A stretch of 54,458 nt of DNA. Source: Fidelibacterota bacterium (lineage in GTDB: Bacteria; Fidelibacterota; Marinisomatia; Marinisomatales; Marinisomataceae). The position numbers and the translations under genes are program-made. Under the pieces are notes generated by a model. It saw nothing but the letters and a program-made list of their open reading frames with translations. It did no database searches and was not told the DNA's origin. Below, piece by piece: positions 46,488 through 54,458 of this stretch; position 1 is the first letter of the stretch; each line of letters starts with the position of its first letter. The stretch is taken from contig JAQXAG010000093.1 in the NCBI GenBank assembly GCA_029253045.1, forward strand, positions 1 through 54,458, written 5' to 3'.

Positions 46488-46513
46488 TTTATATTTATTA
46501 ATAAATATAAATT
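46486..46513. repeat. Perfect 28-bp A/T-only palindrome overlapping the hisS stop codon. Possibly a weak bidirectional terminator or a protein-binding site upstream of topA.
   Basis: AATTTATATTTATT|AATAAATATAAATT was checked base by base (14+14, no mismatch) and is followed by TTT. Confidence 0.45.
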
Positions 46514-46554
46514 TTTGACAATTACTAAACAAACTATGTAAGTTGCCAGCCAAG

Positions 46555-48990
46555 ATGTCAAACCAAGAAAAACTATTAATCATTGTTGAGTCGCCTTCAA
46601 AAACTAAGACGATTGCAAAGTACATTGATAATGCTTCTGTGATAGCTAGTGTTGGTCATTTTAAAGATTTACCTAAGAAAGAAATGGGTATTGACATTGA
46701 GAATGACTTTGCTATGAAAATTCAAACAATGCCAGATAGAAAAAAGTTTATTACTCAACTAAAATCTGAAGTTAAAAAGGCTGATAGAATCTTGATTGCG
46801 ACAGACCCGGATCGTGAAGGAGAAGCAATTGCAGCCGATATAGCAGAAGAAATTAAAGAAGATATTGAGAGAGTAGAATTTACTGAGATTACCAAAACAG
46901 CTGTAAAACATGCTATAAATAATAGTAGAGATATTAACTATAATCTAGTTGATGCTCAAAGAGCTAGGCGAGCTATCGATCGCATTGTAGGTTTTACATT
47001 TTCTCCGGTACTATGGAAAACATTAAGATCTATAAAAAATACCGGGCTATCAGCTGGTAGAGTTCAATCTGTGGCATTAAGACTATTGGTCGATAGAGAA
47101 AAAGAGCGTAATAAGTTTATAAAAAATACGTTTTATACGATTGAAGCTGATTTAAAAGAAAAAAATCATGACTCTACCTTCAAAGCAAAACTTGTTTCAT
47201 ATGATAATCAAACTATAGCAAAAAGTGATGACTTTGGGAAATTTGATAGTGGATTAAAAAATGATAAGCTTCTTTTAATAGATGCTGAAAAAGCTAAAGA
47301 GATTAAGGATGAATCTGAAAATAGTAATTGGGAAATTAGTAAAATTGAATCGAAACCGACCTCCAGTTCTGCTGCTCCACCGTTCACAACAAGTACTCTT
47401 CAACAAGATGCTTCTAGAAGATTTGGATATTCTCCAAAAAGAACAATGGTAGTTGCACAAAAACTATATGAGCAAGGGTTTATTACTTATATGCGAACTG
47501 ATTCTACTAATCTTTCCAAGGAAGCCTTAGCTGCATCGAAAAAATTTATTTTAGACAAATTTGGTGAAGACTTTTTACCAGAAAATTCTAATTTTTATAA
47601 AAGTAAAGTAGCAAATGCACAAGAAGCACATGAGGCCGTTAGACCAGCAGGGACAACATTCAAAGAACCTCAGCATGTACTAAAGAGTCTTGGAAAAGAT
47701 GAAGCAAAGTTATATGAGCTCATATTAAATAGAACGTTAGCATCTCAAATGAAGCCTGCACAATATATTAGAACCAACATTGAAATCATCAATGGTAAGT
47801 CGATTTATAGAGCAAGTGGAAATATTACAATATTTAAAGGGTATACCGCTGCATATGAACAAGCCCTATCTAGAACACAAAAATCCGTTGTTGCTGCACT
47901 TCCTCCAATAGAAAAAGATTCTAAAATTATACACAATAGTATTGATGCCCTTGAAAAAAATACTACACCTCCAAGAAGATTTTCAGAGGCTATGCTTGTA
48001 AAGGAAATGGAAGCCAGAGGCATTGGACGCCCATCTACTTATTCATCTATTTTAGATAAGCTTGTGAAAAAAGAATATGTAATTAAAAAAAGTAAAACTC
48101 TTATTCCCACTTTTGTTGGTATTGCTGTAACTCAACTTCTAGAGAATCATTATTTAGCATTATTTAATGAAAAATTTACAGCTGGCATGGAGCAACAATT
48201 AGACGCTATATCCCGGTCTGAAAGCACGTATGTAGATGTTCTAAAAGAGTTTTATAATGGTGGTAAAAATTATGCGGGAGTAGCCAAGCTATTAGAAGAA
48301 GAAATAGATATTGCAAAAGCATGTAGTGTTCCTGTATCAGAAAAAACTAGTATTCGAATTGGAAAATTTGGCCCCTATGTAGAAAAAGATGGTGGCAATG
48401 TTACTATTCCACAAGACTTGTTTTTAGGTGATTTAAATCAAGAAGAAATTGACAAGCTTAGTACTATGCAAAAAGAAGATAATATTATTGGGACATTCAA
48501 TGGCGGTGAAAATATCTTGTTGAAAGTAGGTCGATATGGACCTTATGTAGAATTGCAAGAAAGTAAAAAAAGAGCCTCTATTCCAAAAGGAACATCTACT
48601 GAAGATGTAACAGAAGCTATGGCTTCAGACTTATTAAGTTTACCAAAGACGTTAGGAAAACATCCTGATACAGGAGAAGATATATTGGCAACATTTGGTC
48701 CTTATGGTCCTTATGTAAAATGCGGAAAAACAAATGCATCAATGAAGTCAACAGATAGCCCTTTAACTATTACGCTAGAAGATGCTATCAAACTCATTAA
48801 AGATAGAAAATTAAAATTTGAGCCGACAATTTTAGGTACAGATCCAAAAACAAAAAAGGATGTTTCAATTAAAAGAGGTAGATTTGGTCCATATGTAACA
48901 GATGGTAAAAAGAATGTATCGCTTAAAGGATATTCAATAGAAGATGTTACTTTGGAAGAAGCCATTAAATTATTAGCAGAAAAAAAATGA
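46555..48990 (+). CDS. topA: DNA topoisomerase I (type IA) with cysteine-less C-terminal repeats
   Basis: Toprim domain (LIIVESPSK, DPDREGE), active-site region (GFITYMRTDS), and four G(K/R)(F/Y)GPYV-type C-terminal repeats without Zn-ribbon cysteines. The start is taken at ATG 46555. Confidence 0.95.
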   Translation: MSNQEKLLIIVESPSKTKTIAKYIDNASVIASVGHFKDLPKKEMGIDIENDFAMKIQTMPDRKKFITQLKSEVKKADRILIATDPDREGEAIAADIAEEIKEDIERVEFTEITKTAVKHAINNSRDINYNLVDAQRARRAIDRIVGFTFSPVLWKTLRSIKNTGLSAGRVQSVALRLLVDREKERNKFIKNTFYTIEADLKEKNHDSTFKAKLVSYDNQTIAKSDDFGKFDSGLKNDKLLLIDAEKAKEIKDESENSNWEISKIESKPTSSSAAPPFTTSTLQQDASRRFGYSPKRTMVVAQKLYEQGFITYMRTDSTNLSKEALAASKKFILDKFGEDFLPENSNFYKSKVANAQEAHEAVRPAGTTFKEPQHVLKSLGKDEAKLYELILNRTLASQMKPAQYIRTNIEIINGKSIYRASGNITIFKGYTAAYEQALSRTQKSVVAALPPIEKDSKIIHNSIDALEKNTTPPRRFSEAMLVKEMEARGIGRPSTYSSILDKLVKKEYVIKKSKTLIPTFVGIAVTQLLENHYLALFNEKFTAGMEQQLDAISRSESTYVDVLKEFYNGGKNYAGVAKLLEEEIDIAKACSVPVSEKTSIRIGKFGPYVEKDGGNVTIPQDLFLGDLNQEEIDKLSTMQKEDNIIGTFNGGENILLKVGRYGPYVELQESKKRASIPKGTSTEDVTEAMASDLLSLPKTLGKHPDTGEDILATFGPYGPYVKCGKTNASMKSTDSPLTITLEDAIKLIKDRKLKFEPTILGTDPKTKKDVSIKRGRFGPYVTDGKKNVSLKGYSIEDVTLEEAIKLLAEKK

Positions 48991-49340
48991 TAAAAAAAGT
49001 TTTTTTAACCTTATGTACTTTCACCTTTCTATTTAGTTTCCAATCATCATTAGAGGATCGTCTTTACTCTTTAAATCGCCAGTTAATGTGCCCAATATGC
49101 GATGGATTAACTTTAGAACAGTCTCAAGCAAATGTAGCTGTAGAGATGCGTGAAGAAATTAAAAAAATGGTTATTAAAGGAATGAGCGATCAAGATATTA
49201 AAGATTTTTATGTAGAAAAATATGGCTTATACATATTAGCAGACCCTCCGAAAAAAGGCTTTGATGCTTTAGTTTTCATTGGGCCATTATTATTTGGACT
49301 GCTTGGATTAATAATATTGTACAAGTATTTATTTTCTTAA
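48987..49340 (+). CDS. ccmH: CcmH/NrfF/CycL-family cytochrome c maturation protein
   Basis: 117 aa with a signal peptide, LMCPICDGLTLEQSQ (CxxC), VEKYG, and a C-terminal TM helix. It has an ATGA overlap with the topA stop. Confidence 0.7.
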   Translation: MIKKVFLTLCTFTFLFSFQSSLEDRLYSLNRQLMCPICDGLTLEQSQANVAVEMREEIKKMVIKGMSDQDIKDFYVEKYGLYILADPPKKGFDALVFIGPLLFGLLGLIILYKYLFS

Positions 49341-49362
49341 CTACTATACTTAAATTGTTATA

Positions 49363-50802
49363 ATGAAGAAACAGCACTTAGATAAAATTATTTCACTATG
49401 CAAAAGAAAAGGGTTTGTTTTCCCAAACTCTGAAATCTATGGCGGACTTAAAGCCTCTTATGATTACGGTCCTTTAGGAGTAGAACTTAAAAAGTCAATC
49501 TCAGAATTGTGGTGGAAAGAAATGACACAGTCTCATCAAAATATTGTTGGGCTTGATAGTGCTATTATGGTACATCCAGATGTATGGGATGCTAGTGGCC
49601 ATATTGCCAATTTCAATGACCCCATGACTGATAACAAGGATAATAAAAAAAGATACCGTATTGACGATCTTTTATCTCAACAAAAATCTAAGGTAATTGA
49701 TGCGATATGTATTGCCTTAAAAATAGACAGCACTAATAATGATGATATCTATAGTGATATCGCACATACTTTACTGTCAGACGGATCTAAATCTGATAGT
49801 GTGTTAGAAGAAGCCGGTGTCATTGACCCATTTTCTGGATCTATTGGGAAATGGACACCTGCTGTACAGTTCAACTTAATGTTTAAAACTGATGCTGGTC
49901 CTTCTGAAAAGACAGGAAAACATATATACCTTAGACCAGAAACTGCTCAAGGAATCTTTATTAATTACTTATTAGTTCAAAATACTATGAGACTAAAAGT
50001 GCCATTTGGGATTGCGCAAATTGGAAAAGCCTTTCGAAATGAGATTGTAGCAAGAAACTTTATATTTAGAACGAGGGAATTTGAACAAATGGAAATGCAA
50101 TATTTTGTTCATCCATCTAAAGATGTTGAAAGCATGGAATTGTGGAAAGAAAAAAGGTTAGATTTTTACTTAAACCACCTAGGTATTAATTCCGAAAATT
50201 TAAAATTTCATCAACACTCCAAAGATGCTTTAGCACACTATGCAAAAGATGCATATGATATTGAATATAATTTTCCATTTGGTTGGGGTGAAGTTGAAGG
50301 AATCCACAATAGAACGGACTTTGATCTCAAGCAACATGAAAATCTATCAGGTAAAAATATGACTTACTTTGATACAAAAGCTCAGGAAAAATATCATCCA
50401 TTTATTATTGAAACGTCAACAGGTCTTAATAGACTTTTTTTAATGGTTCTTTGTGAGGCTTATTTTGAAGATACAGAAAATAATAGGGTTGTATTACAAC
50501 TGCCCTATGAATTGGCTCCTATCAAAGCAGTCATATGTCCTCTTGTAAAAAAAGATGGGTTACCTGAAAAGGCGATGTCTGTATTTAAAACATTAAATCA
50601 AGAATTCTCCTGCATTTATGACGAGCAAGGATCTATTGGAAAGCGCTACTATAGGCAAGATGAAGCTGGGACTCCATTTGGTATTACTCTGGATCATCAA
50701 ACACTAGAAGATAATTCTGTAACAATACGAGAAAGAGACTCTATGAAGCAAACTCGTATCCCTATAGACAAAATTTCTACATTCATTCAAGATAATAAAT
50801 AG
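49363..50802 (+). CDS. glyQS: Glycine--tRNA ligase (alpha2 homodimeric type)
   Basis: 479 aa with RGFVFPNSEIYGG, LRPETAQGIF, FRNEI.ARNFIFRTREFEQMEMQYF and GIGKRY.RQDE.GTPF. Confidence 0.95.
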   Translation: MKKQHLDKIISLCKRKGFVFPNSEIYGGLKASYDYGPLGVELKKSISELWWKEMTQSHQNIVGLDSAIMVHPDVWDASGHIANFNDPMTDNKDNKKRYRIDDLLSQQKSKVIDAICIALKIDSTNNDDIYSDIAHTLLSDGSKSDSVLEEAGVIDPFSGSIGKWTPAVQFNLMFKTDAGPSEKTGKHIYLRPETAQGIFINYLLVQNTMRLKVPFGIAQIGKAFRNEIVARNFIFRTREFEQMEMQYFVHPSKDVESMELWKEKRLDFYLNHLGINSENLKFHQHSKDALAHYAKDAYDIEYNFPFGWGEVEGIHNRTDFDLKQHENLSGKNMTYFDTKAQEKYHPFIIETSTGLNRLFLMVLCEAYFEDTENNRVVLQLPYELAPIKAVICPLVKKDGLPEKAMSVFKTLNQEFSCIYDEQGSIGKRYYRQDEAGTPFGITLDHQTLEDNSVTIRERDSMKQTRIPIDKISTFIQDNK

Positions 50803-50811
50803 GAACATTAT

Positions 50812-51540
50812 ATGAGATCTGCCAATCCAGCATTAAATAATAATACTTTTAGAAATACACGACGTTTTTCTGGTACTGAGGCAATGACAATTGATGGTAC
50901 TGTCAATAAAACTGCACTTGGATTACTTTTGTTAATGACAACTGCAATTTATAGTTGGAATAATCCAGCAACAGCTTTGATGCTATTTTGGCCAATTACT
51001 ATTTTCACATTTATTCTGTTGATGATTACTATTTTTAATAAAAAAGCTGCGCCATATACTGTTCCACTCTATTGTCTTGCTGAGGGAGTAGTTCTTGGTG
51101 GAATATCTGCTATGGTAGATGCCATGTATCCTGGAATTGCAAATCAAGCAATTTTTCTCACTTTTGGAATCTTAACTGCCCTCTTATTATTATATAAAAG
51201 CAGGTTAATTGCCGTGACAGATAATTTCAGATTAGGCGTATTTTCTGCCACATTTGGTATTCTCATTGTCTATGTTCTTAATATGATTTTATCATTTTTT
51301 GGAATTTCTTTTATGGGTTCGCTCTTTGGCAATGGTACTACTGGTATTTTATTTTCCTTATTTGTTATTGGAATTGCTTCAATGAACTTGGTCTTAGATT
51401 TTGACTTTATCGAACAAGGTGCAGAAAATGGTGCTCCTAAATATATGGAATGGTATGGGGCATTTGGGCTCATGATTACCTTAATTTGGCTTTACATTGA
51501 AATTTTAAACCTTCTTATGAAACTAAGAAGCAGAAGGTAA
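50812..51540 (+). CDS. Bax inhibitor-1/YccA-family membrane protein
   Basis: 242 aa. The N-terminus is MRSANPALNN..F, followed by about 7 TM segments and a basic C-terminal end (LMKLRSRR). Confidence 0.75.
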   Translation: MRSANPALNNNTFRNTRRFSGTEAMTIDGTVNKTALGLLLLMTTAIYSWNNPATALMLFWPITIFTFILLMITIFNKKAAPYTVPLYCLAEGVVLGGISAMVDAMYPGIANQAIFLTFGILTALLLLYKSRLIAVTDNFRLGVFSATFGILIVYVLNMILSFFGISFMGSLFGNGTTGILFSLFVIGIASMNLVLDFDFIEQGAENGAPKYMEWYGAFGLMITLIWLYIEILNLLMKLRSRR

Positions 51541-51678
51541 AACCTACCTCCTTTAAAAGATTGACATTAACCTCCTCTTACAATAAGTTACGGAAACTAA
51601 GGGTAATTTCACCTCTATAAAGATAGTGGTGCGTACCAAATTTTTATTAATATGTACATAAAAAAAGGAAGAAAAACA

Positions 51679-54458
51679 ATGAGAAAGCTATATAATGTGA
51701 TAGCGCTAGTTATGATGTCCGGCTTTATGTTTGCACAAGGTTCAGTCTCAGGTACCGTGACTGACGGAGCAGGTAATGCTCTATTTGGTGCGAATGTAAC
51801 AGTTCAAGGAACATCATCTGGTGCTGCAACAGCAGCCGACGGATCATATTCAGTCGACGGTGTGTCAAGTGGTGCATATACTGTAACTGCTTCATACATT
51901 GGATATGAATCTGCAAGTGTTTCTGTAAATGTAGATGGTTCTGCAACCGCAAACTTTTCACTAGCATCTAGTGCAGTTTCTGGTAATTCTGTCTCAGTTC
52001 TTGGATCTCGTTTTGCAAGAAATGTAGACGAACAAGCAGTTCCAGTAGAAGTCATTACTGAGCTTGAAATTCGCGCATCTGGTTTCACTGAAACCAATGA
52101 CTTATTACAAGCATTAGTTCCATCTTATAATGCGCCTAAAGGCTACATTACTGATGGTTCTGACCATATGAGACCTGCTACTTTACGTGGTATGGCACCA
52201 AATCAGACTCTAGTACTAGTAAATGGTAAGAGACGTCACCAAGGTGCATTAGTACACGTGAACGGTTCAGTTGGTCGTGGTTCAACTCAGGTTGACTTAA
52301 ATGCTATCCCAGCAAGTGCAATTGCAAAAATTGAAGTCTTGCGTGATGGTGCTGCAGCGAAATACGGATCAGATGCTGTCGCAGGTGTTATTAATTTAAT
52401 ATTAAAAGAAACAGGTGGAGCGGACATGAGCGTTACCTACGGTCGAAATGATTCTTATTTTGACAGAGGATATGCAGCTGGTGAAGGCTTGATCGATGGT
52501 CAAGATGACTCAACTTACGGTTGGGATCTTGATGGTGAAGGCTACAATGAAGGTACTGGATACTTGCCATATACCGCAGCTCGCGGATGGGCACGTTCAG
52601 GAAATGAAACAGTACATAAAACAGATGGAAGAAACCTAATTATTCACGCTGGTAACGGCATGGAAGTATTTGGTGGTAATCTATATGTTAGTGGTCAAAT
52701 TCGTGACGGTGGTCGTACAAACCGCGCGGGTCTAGATCCAAGAAGACAATACTTTGCTGGCATGGATGCAGAAGAAGCTGCATTTGACAGAGAAAATCAT
52801 CGTATTGGAGCTGGTAATTTTGAACAAGTAAGTATGATGTGGAACGGTAGTTTCCCAATGGAGCGTGGTACTTTATACACATTCGGTGGATTCAATAGCC
52901 GTGACGGTGAAAGTGGATGTTATTACAGAAGAGCACAAGATAATCGTACTCTACGTGCATGGTATCCAGATGGATTTTTACCTTTAATTAGTCCTACCCT
53001 ATCTGACAAATCTATGGCAATAGGAATGAAAGGACTTATGGGAGATTATGCATATGATCTAAGTGTTAATACTGGATCAAATGACTTCCAATGGGGTATG
53101 AAAAATAGTCATAATGCAACTTATGGTACAGGCCCAGGACAACAATCTGAGTTTGATCTAGGTACATTAGGCTATAGCCAAACTACTGTTAACTTTGATG
53201 TGACAACACAAATGGACATGGAAGGATTTGCTGGACCAGTAAGTCTTGCTATGGGTGCTGAAATGCGCATGGAAAACTATACTATTGAAGCTGGTGAAGA
53301 AGCAGGTTATGCTGACGGCGGTTTTGATGTATTAGATGGACCAAATGCTGGTGCTTCTGCAGCAGTAGGTTGTCAATGTTTACCAGGATTAGCTCCAAAT
53401 AACGAGCAAGATCGTGACAGAGATGCGTTTAGTGTCTATGTTGATGCTGAAGCAGACGTTCTTGATAACTTGTTAGTAAACGTAGCATTAAGAACAGAAA
53501 ATTATAGCGACTTTGGACAAACAACTAATGGTAAAGTAGCAATGAGATATGAGTTACAAGATGGTGTAGCTGCTAGAGGTTCATTTAGCACAGGATTTAG
53601 AGCACCAGCTTTACAAGAAGCTTACTTCTCATCTATTGCGACTAACTTTATCGATGGAATCCCTTACGAAGTAGGAACATTCCCAGTTGATACAGAGCCA
53701 GCTAGAGCTTTAGGCGCACAAGACCTAGAGCCAGAAACATCAACAAACCTTTCAGCAGGTATGACTTATAAAGATGATACATTTACTGTATCTGTAGACG
53801 CTTATCAAATTAAAGTAGATGACCGTATTACTATGAGTGAAACCTTCAATGGTTCTGGTGCAACTTCTGATATGGCAACATTCTTTGCTGACAGAGGAAT
53901 TCCAGCAGTTGGTGGTAGATATTTCTTTAACGGAATTAATACTGAAACAAATGGTTTAGACATAGTTGCGACTATGACTCAAGACCTCTCAAATGGTTCA
54001 CTGCTTCTTAAAGCAGCTATGAACTTTAATGATACTGAAGTTACTAATAAAGGTGATCTTGTAACTCCTGCAGCATTAGCTGACTACACAACTGACCAGT
54101 TGTTAGGACGTGCTAATACTGTAAGGTTTGAAAGTTCATCTCCTGCGGAAGCTTTCCAGTTTTCAGCGAGAGTTCAAAGACCAACTACAACTTGGATGGT
54201 TAAACTTAACCGTTGGGGTGAAGTAACAATTCCTTCAGGAACAGTTGAAAGAGAACAAGTTTTAAGTGGCAAATGGACTACTGACATGGAATACTCATTC
54301 CAGGCTAACAGTCAAGTACGTGTTTCATTTGGTGTGAACAACATGTTCGATGTGTATCCTGACAAAACTATTAAGAGAAATAGTTTCAATGGAATATTCC
54401 AGCATTCTGGATATAGTCCATTTGGATTTAACGGACGTTACGTATATACGCGTCTAGA
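51679..54458 (+). CDS. TonB-dependent outer-membrane receptor with an N-terminal CarboxypepD_reg domain, 3'-truncated by the window end
   Basis: Not in the ORF track because it has no stop in the window. Hand translation from ATG 51679 gives MRKLYNVIALVMMSGFMFA|QGSVSGTVTDGAGNALFGANVTVQG...YTVTASYIGYES. The plug domain follows (ATLRGMAPNQTLVLVNGKRR, IEVLRDGAAAKYGSDAVAGVINLILK). Barrel motifs follow (RGSFSTGFRAPALQEAYF, LEPETSTNLSAG). I translated the frame by hand at 51679-52431 and 52441-53850 and found no stop there; the absence of any + strand ORF-track entry after 51540 suggests it stays open to 54458. Confidence 0.9.
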   Translation, partial: MRKLYNVIALVMMSGFMFAQGSVSGTVTDGAGNALFGANVTVQGTSSGAATAADGSYSVDGVSSGAYTVTASYIGYESASVSVNVDGSATANFSLASSAVSGNSVSVLGSRFARNVDEQAVPVEVITELEIRASGFTETNDLLQALVPSYNAPKGYITDGSDHMRPATLRGMAPNQTLVLVNGKRRHQGALVHVNGSVGRGSTQVDLNAIPASAIAKIEVLRDGAAAKYGSDAVAGVINLILKETGGADMSVTYGRNDSYFDRGYAAGEGLIDGQDDSTYGWDLDGEGYNEGTGYLPYTAARGWARSGNETVHKTDGRNLIIHAGNGMEVFGGNLYVSGQIRDGGRTNRAGLDPRRQYFAGMDAEEAAFDRENHRIGAGNFEQVSMMWNGSFPMERGTLYTFGGFNSRDGESGCYYRRAQDNRTLRAWYPDGFLPLISPTLSDKSMAIGMKGLMGDYAYDLSVNTGSNDFQWGMKNSHNATYGTGPGQQSEFDLGTLGYSQTTVNFDVTTQMDMEGFAGPVSLAMGAEMRMENYTIEAGEEAGYADGGFDVLDGPNAGASAAVGCQCLPGLAPNNEQDRDRDAFSVYVDAEADVLDNLLVNVALRTENYSDFGQTTNGKVAMRYELQDGVAARGSFSTGFRAPALQEAYFSSIATNFIDGIPYEVGTFPVDTEPARALGAQDLEPETSTNLSAGMTYKDDTFTVSVDAYQIKVDDRITMSETFNGSGATSDMATFFADRGIPAVGGRYFFNGINTETNGLDIVATMTQDLSNGSLLLKAAMNFNDTEVTNKGDLVTPAALADYTTDQLLGRANTVRFESSSPAEAFQFSARVQRPTTTWMVKLNRWGEVTIPSGTVEREQVLSGKWTTDMEYSFQANSQVRVSFGVNNMFDVYPDKTIKRNSFNGIFQHSGYSPFGFNGRYVYTRL

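Noticed and set aside
51610-51631. A hairpin, CACCTCTAT-AAAG-ATAGTGGTG, lies in the leader of the TonB receptor and could be a riboswitch or terminator.
   Set aside because: It has one mismatch and no adjacent U-tract. I saw no cobalamin B12-box or TPP-type conserved core, so it is too weak to call.
51725-52882. Three minus-strand ORFs are listed in the track (51725-51967, 51804-52097, 52688-52882).
   Set aside because: They are antisense to the clear TonB-dependent receptor frame. Their His/Leu/Gln-rich and Ser/Thr/Ala-rich translations are typical mirror-frame artefacts.

Overview
Low-GC, very compact stretch of bacterial chromosome: nearly all coding, with many 1-26 nt gene overlaps and few intergenic gaps over 100 nt. 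The content is mostly housekeeping and central metabolism. It includes a suf Fe-S assembly cluster, EtfAB with a membrane Fe-S oxidoreductase, a B12-type acyl-CoA mutase catalytic subunit, glutaryl-CoA dehydrogenase, rng-rplU-rpmA-mdh, tRNA-Phe, an RND efflux operon, an azurin-like cupredoxin, an Fe(3+) ABC importer, CoA/lipid-related NUDIX/HAD/SDR genes, an LptD-like protein, hisS, topA, a ccmH-like gene and glyQS. A 3'-truncated TonB-dependent receptor is missing from the supplied ORF track. A 2069-aa SprA (type IX secretion translocon), a CarboxypepD_reg-type TonB receptor, DUF2480, and Gln right after most predicted signal-peptidase-I sites point to an FCB-group/Bacteroidota-like, probably marine streamlined organism (inference). 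I found no mobile element, CRISPR array, integrase, toxin-antitoxin pair or recognisable defence system, and I cannot claim a clearly novel system. The best leads are: (1) the packed rdgB-sprA-glutaminyl-cyclase-like-EEP-RMD-like operon; (2) a three-gene operon of stand-alone half-domain proteins ending in an acidic zinc-ribbon protein; (3) DUF2878 coupled to the RND operon; (4) a Fur-like 7-1-7 palindrome upstream of the iron importer; and (5) several structured or palindromic intergenic elements. Functional calls rest on remembered family motifs, not database searches.
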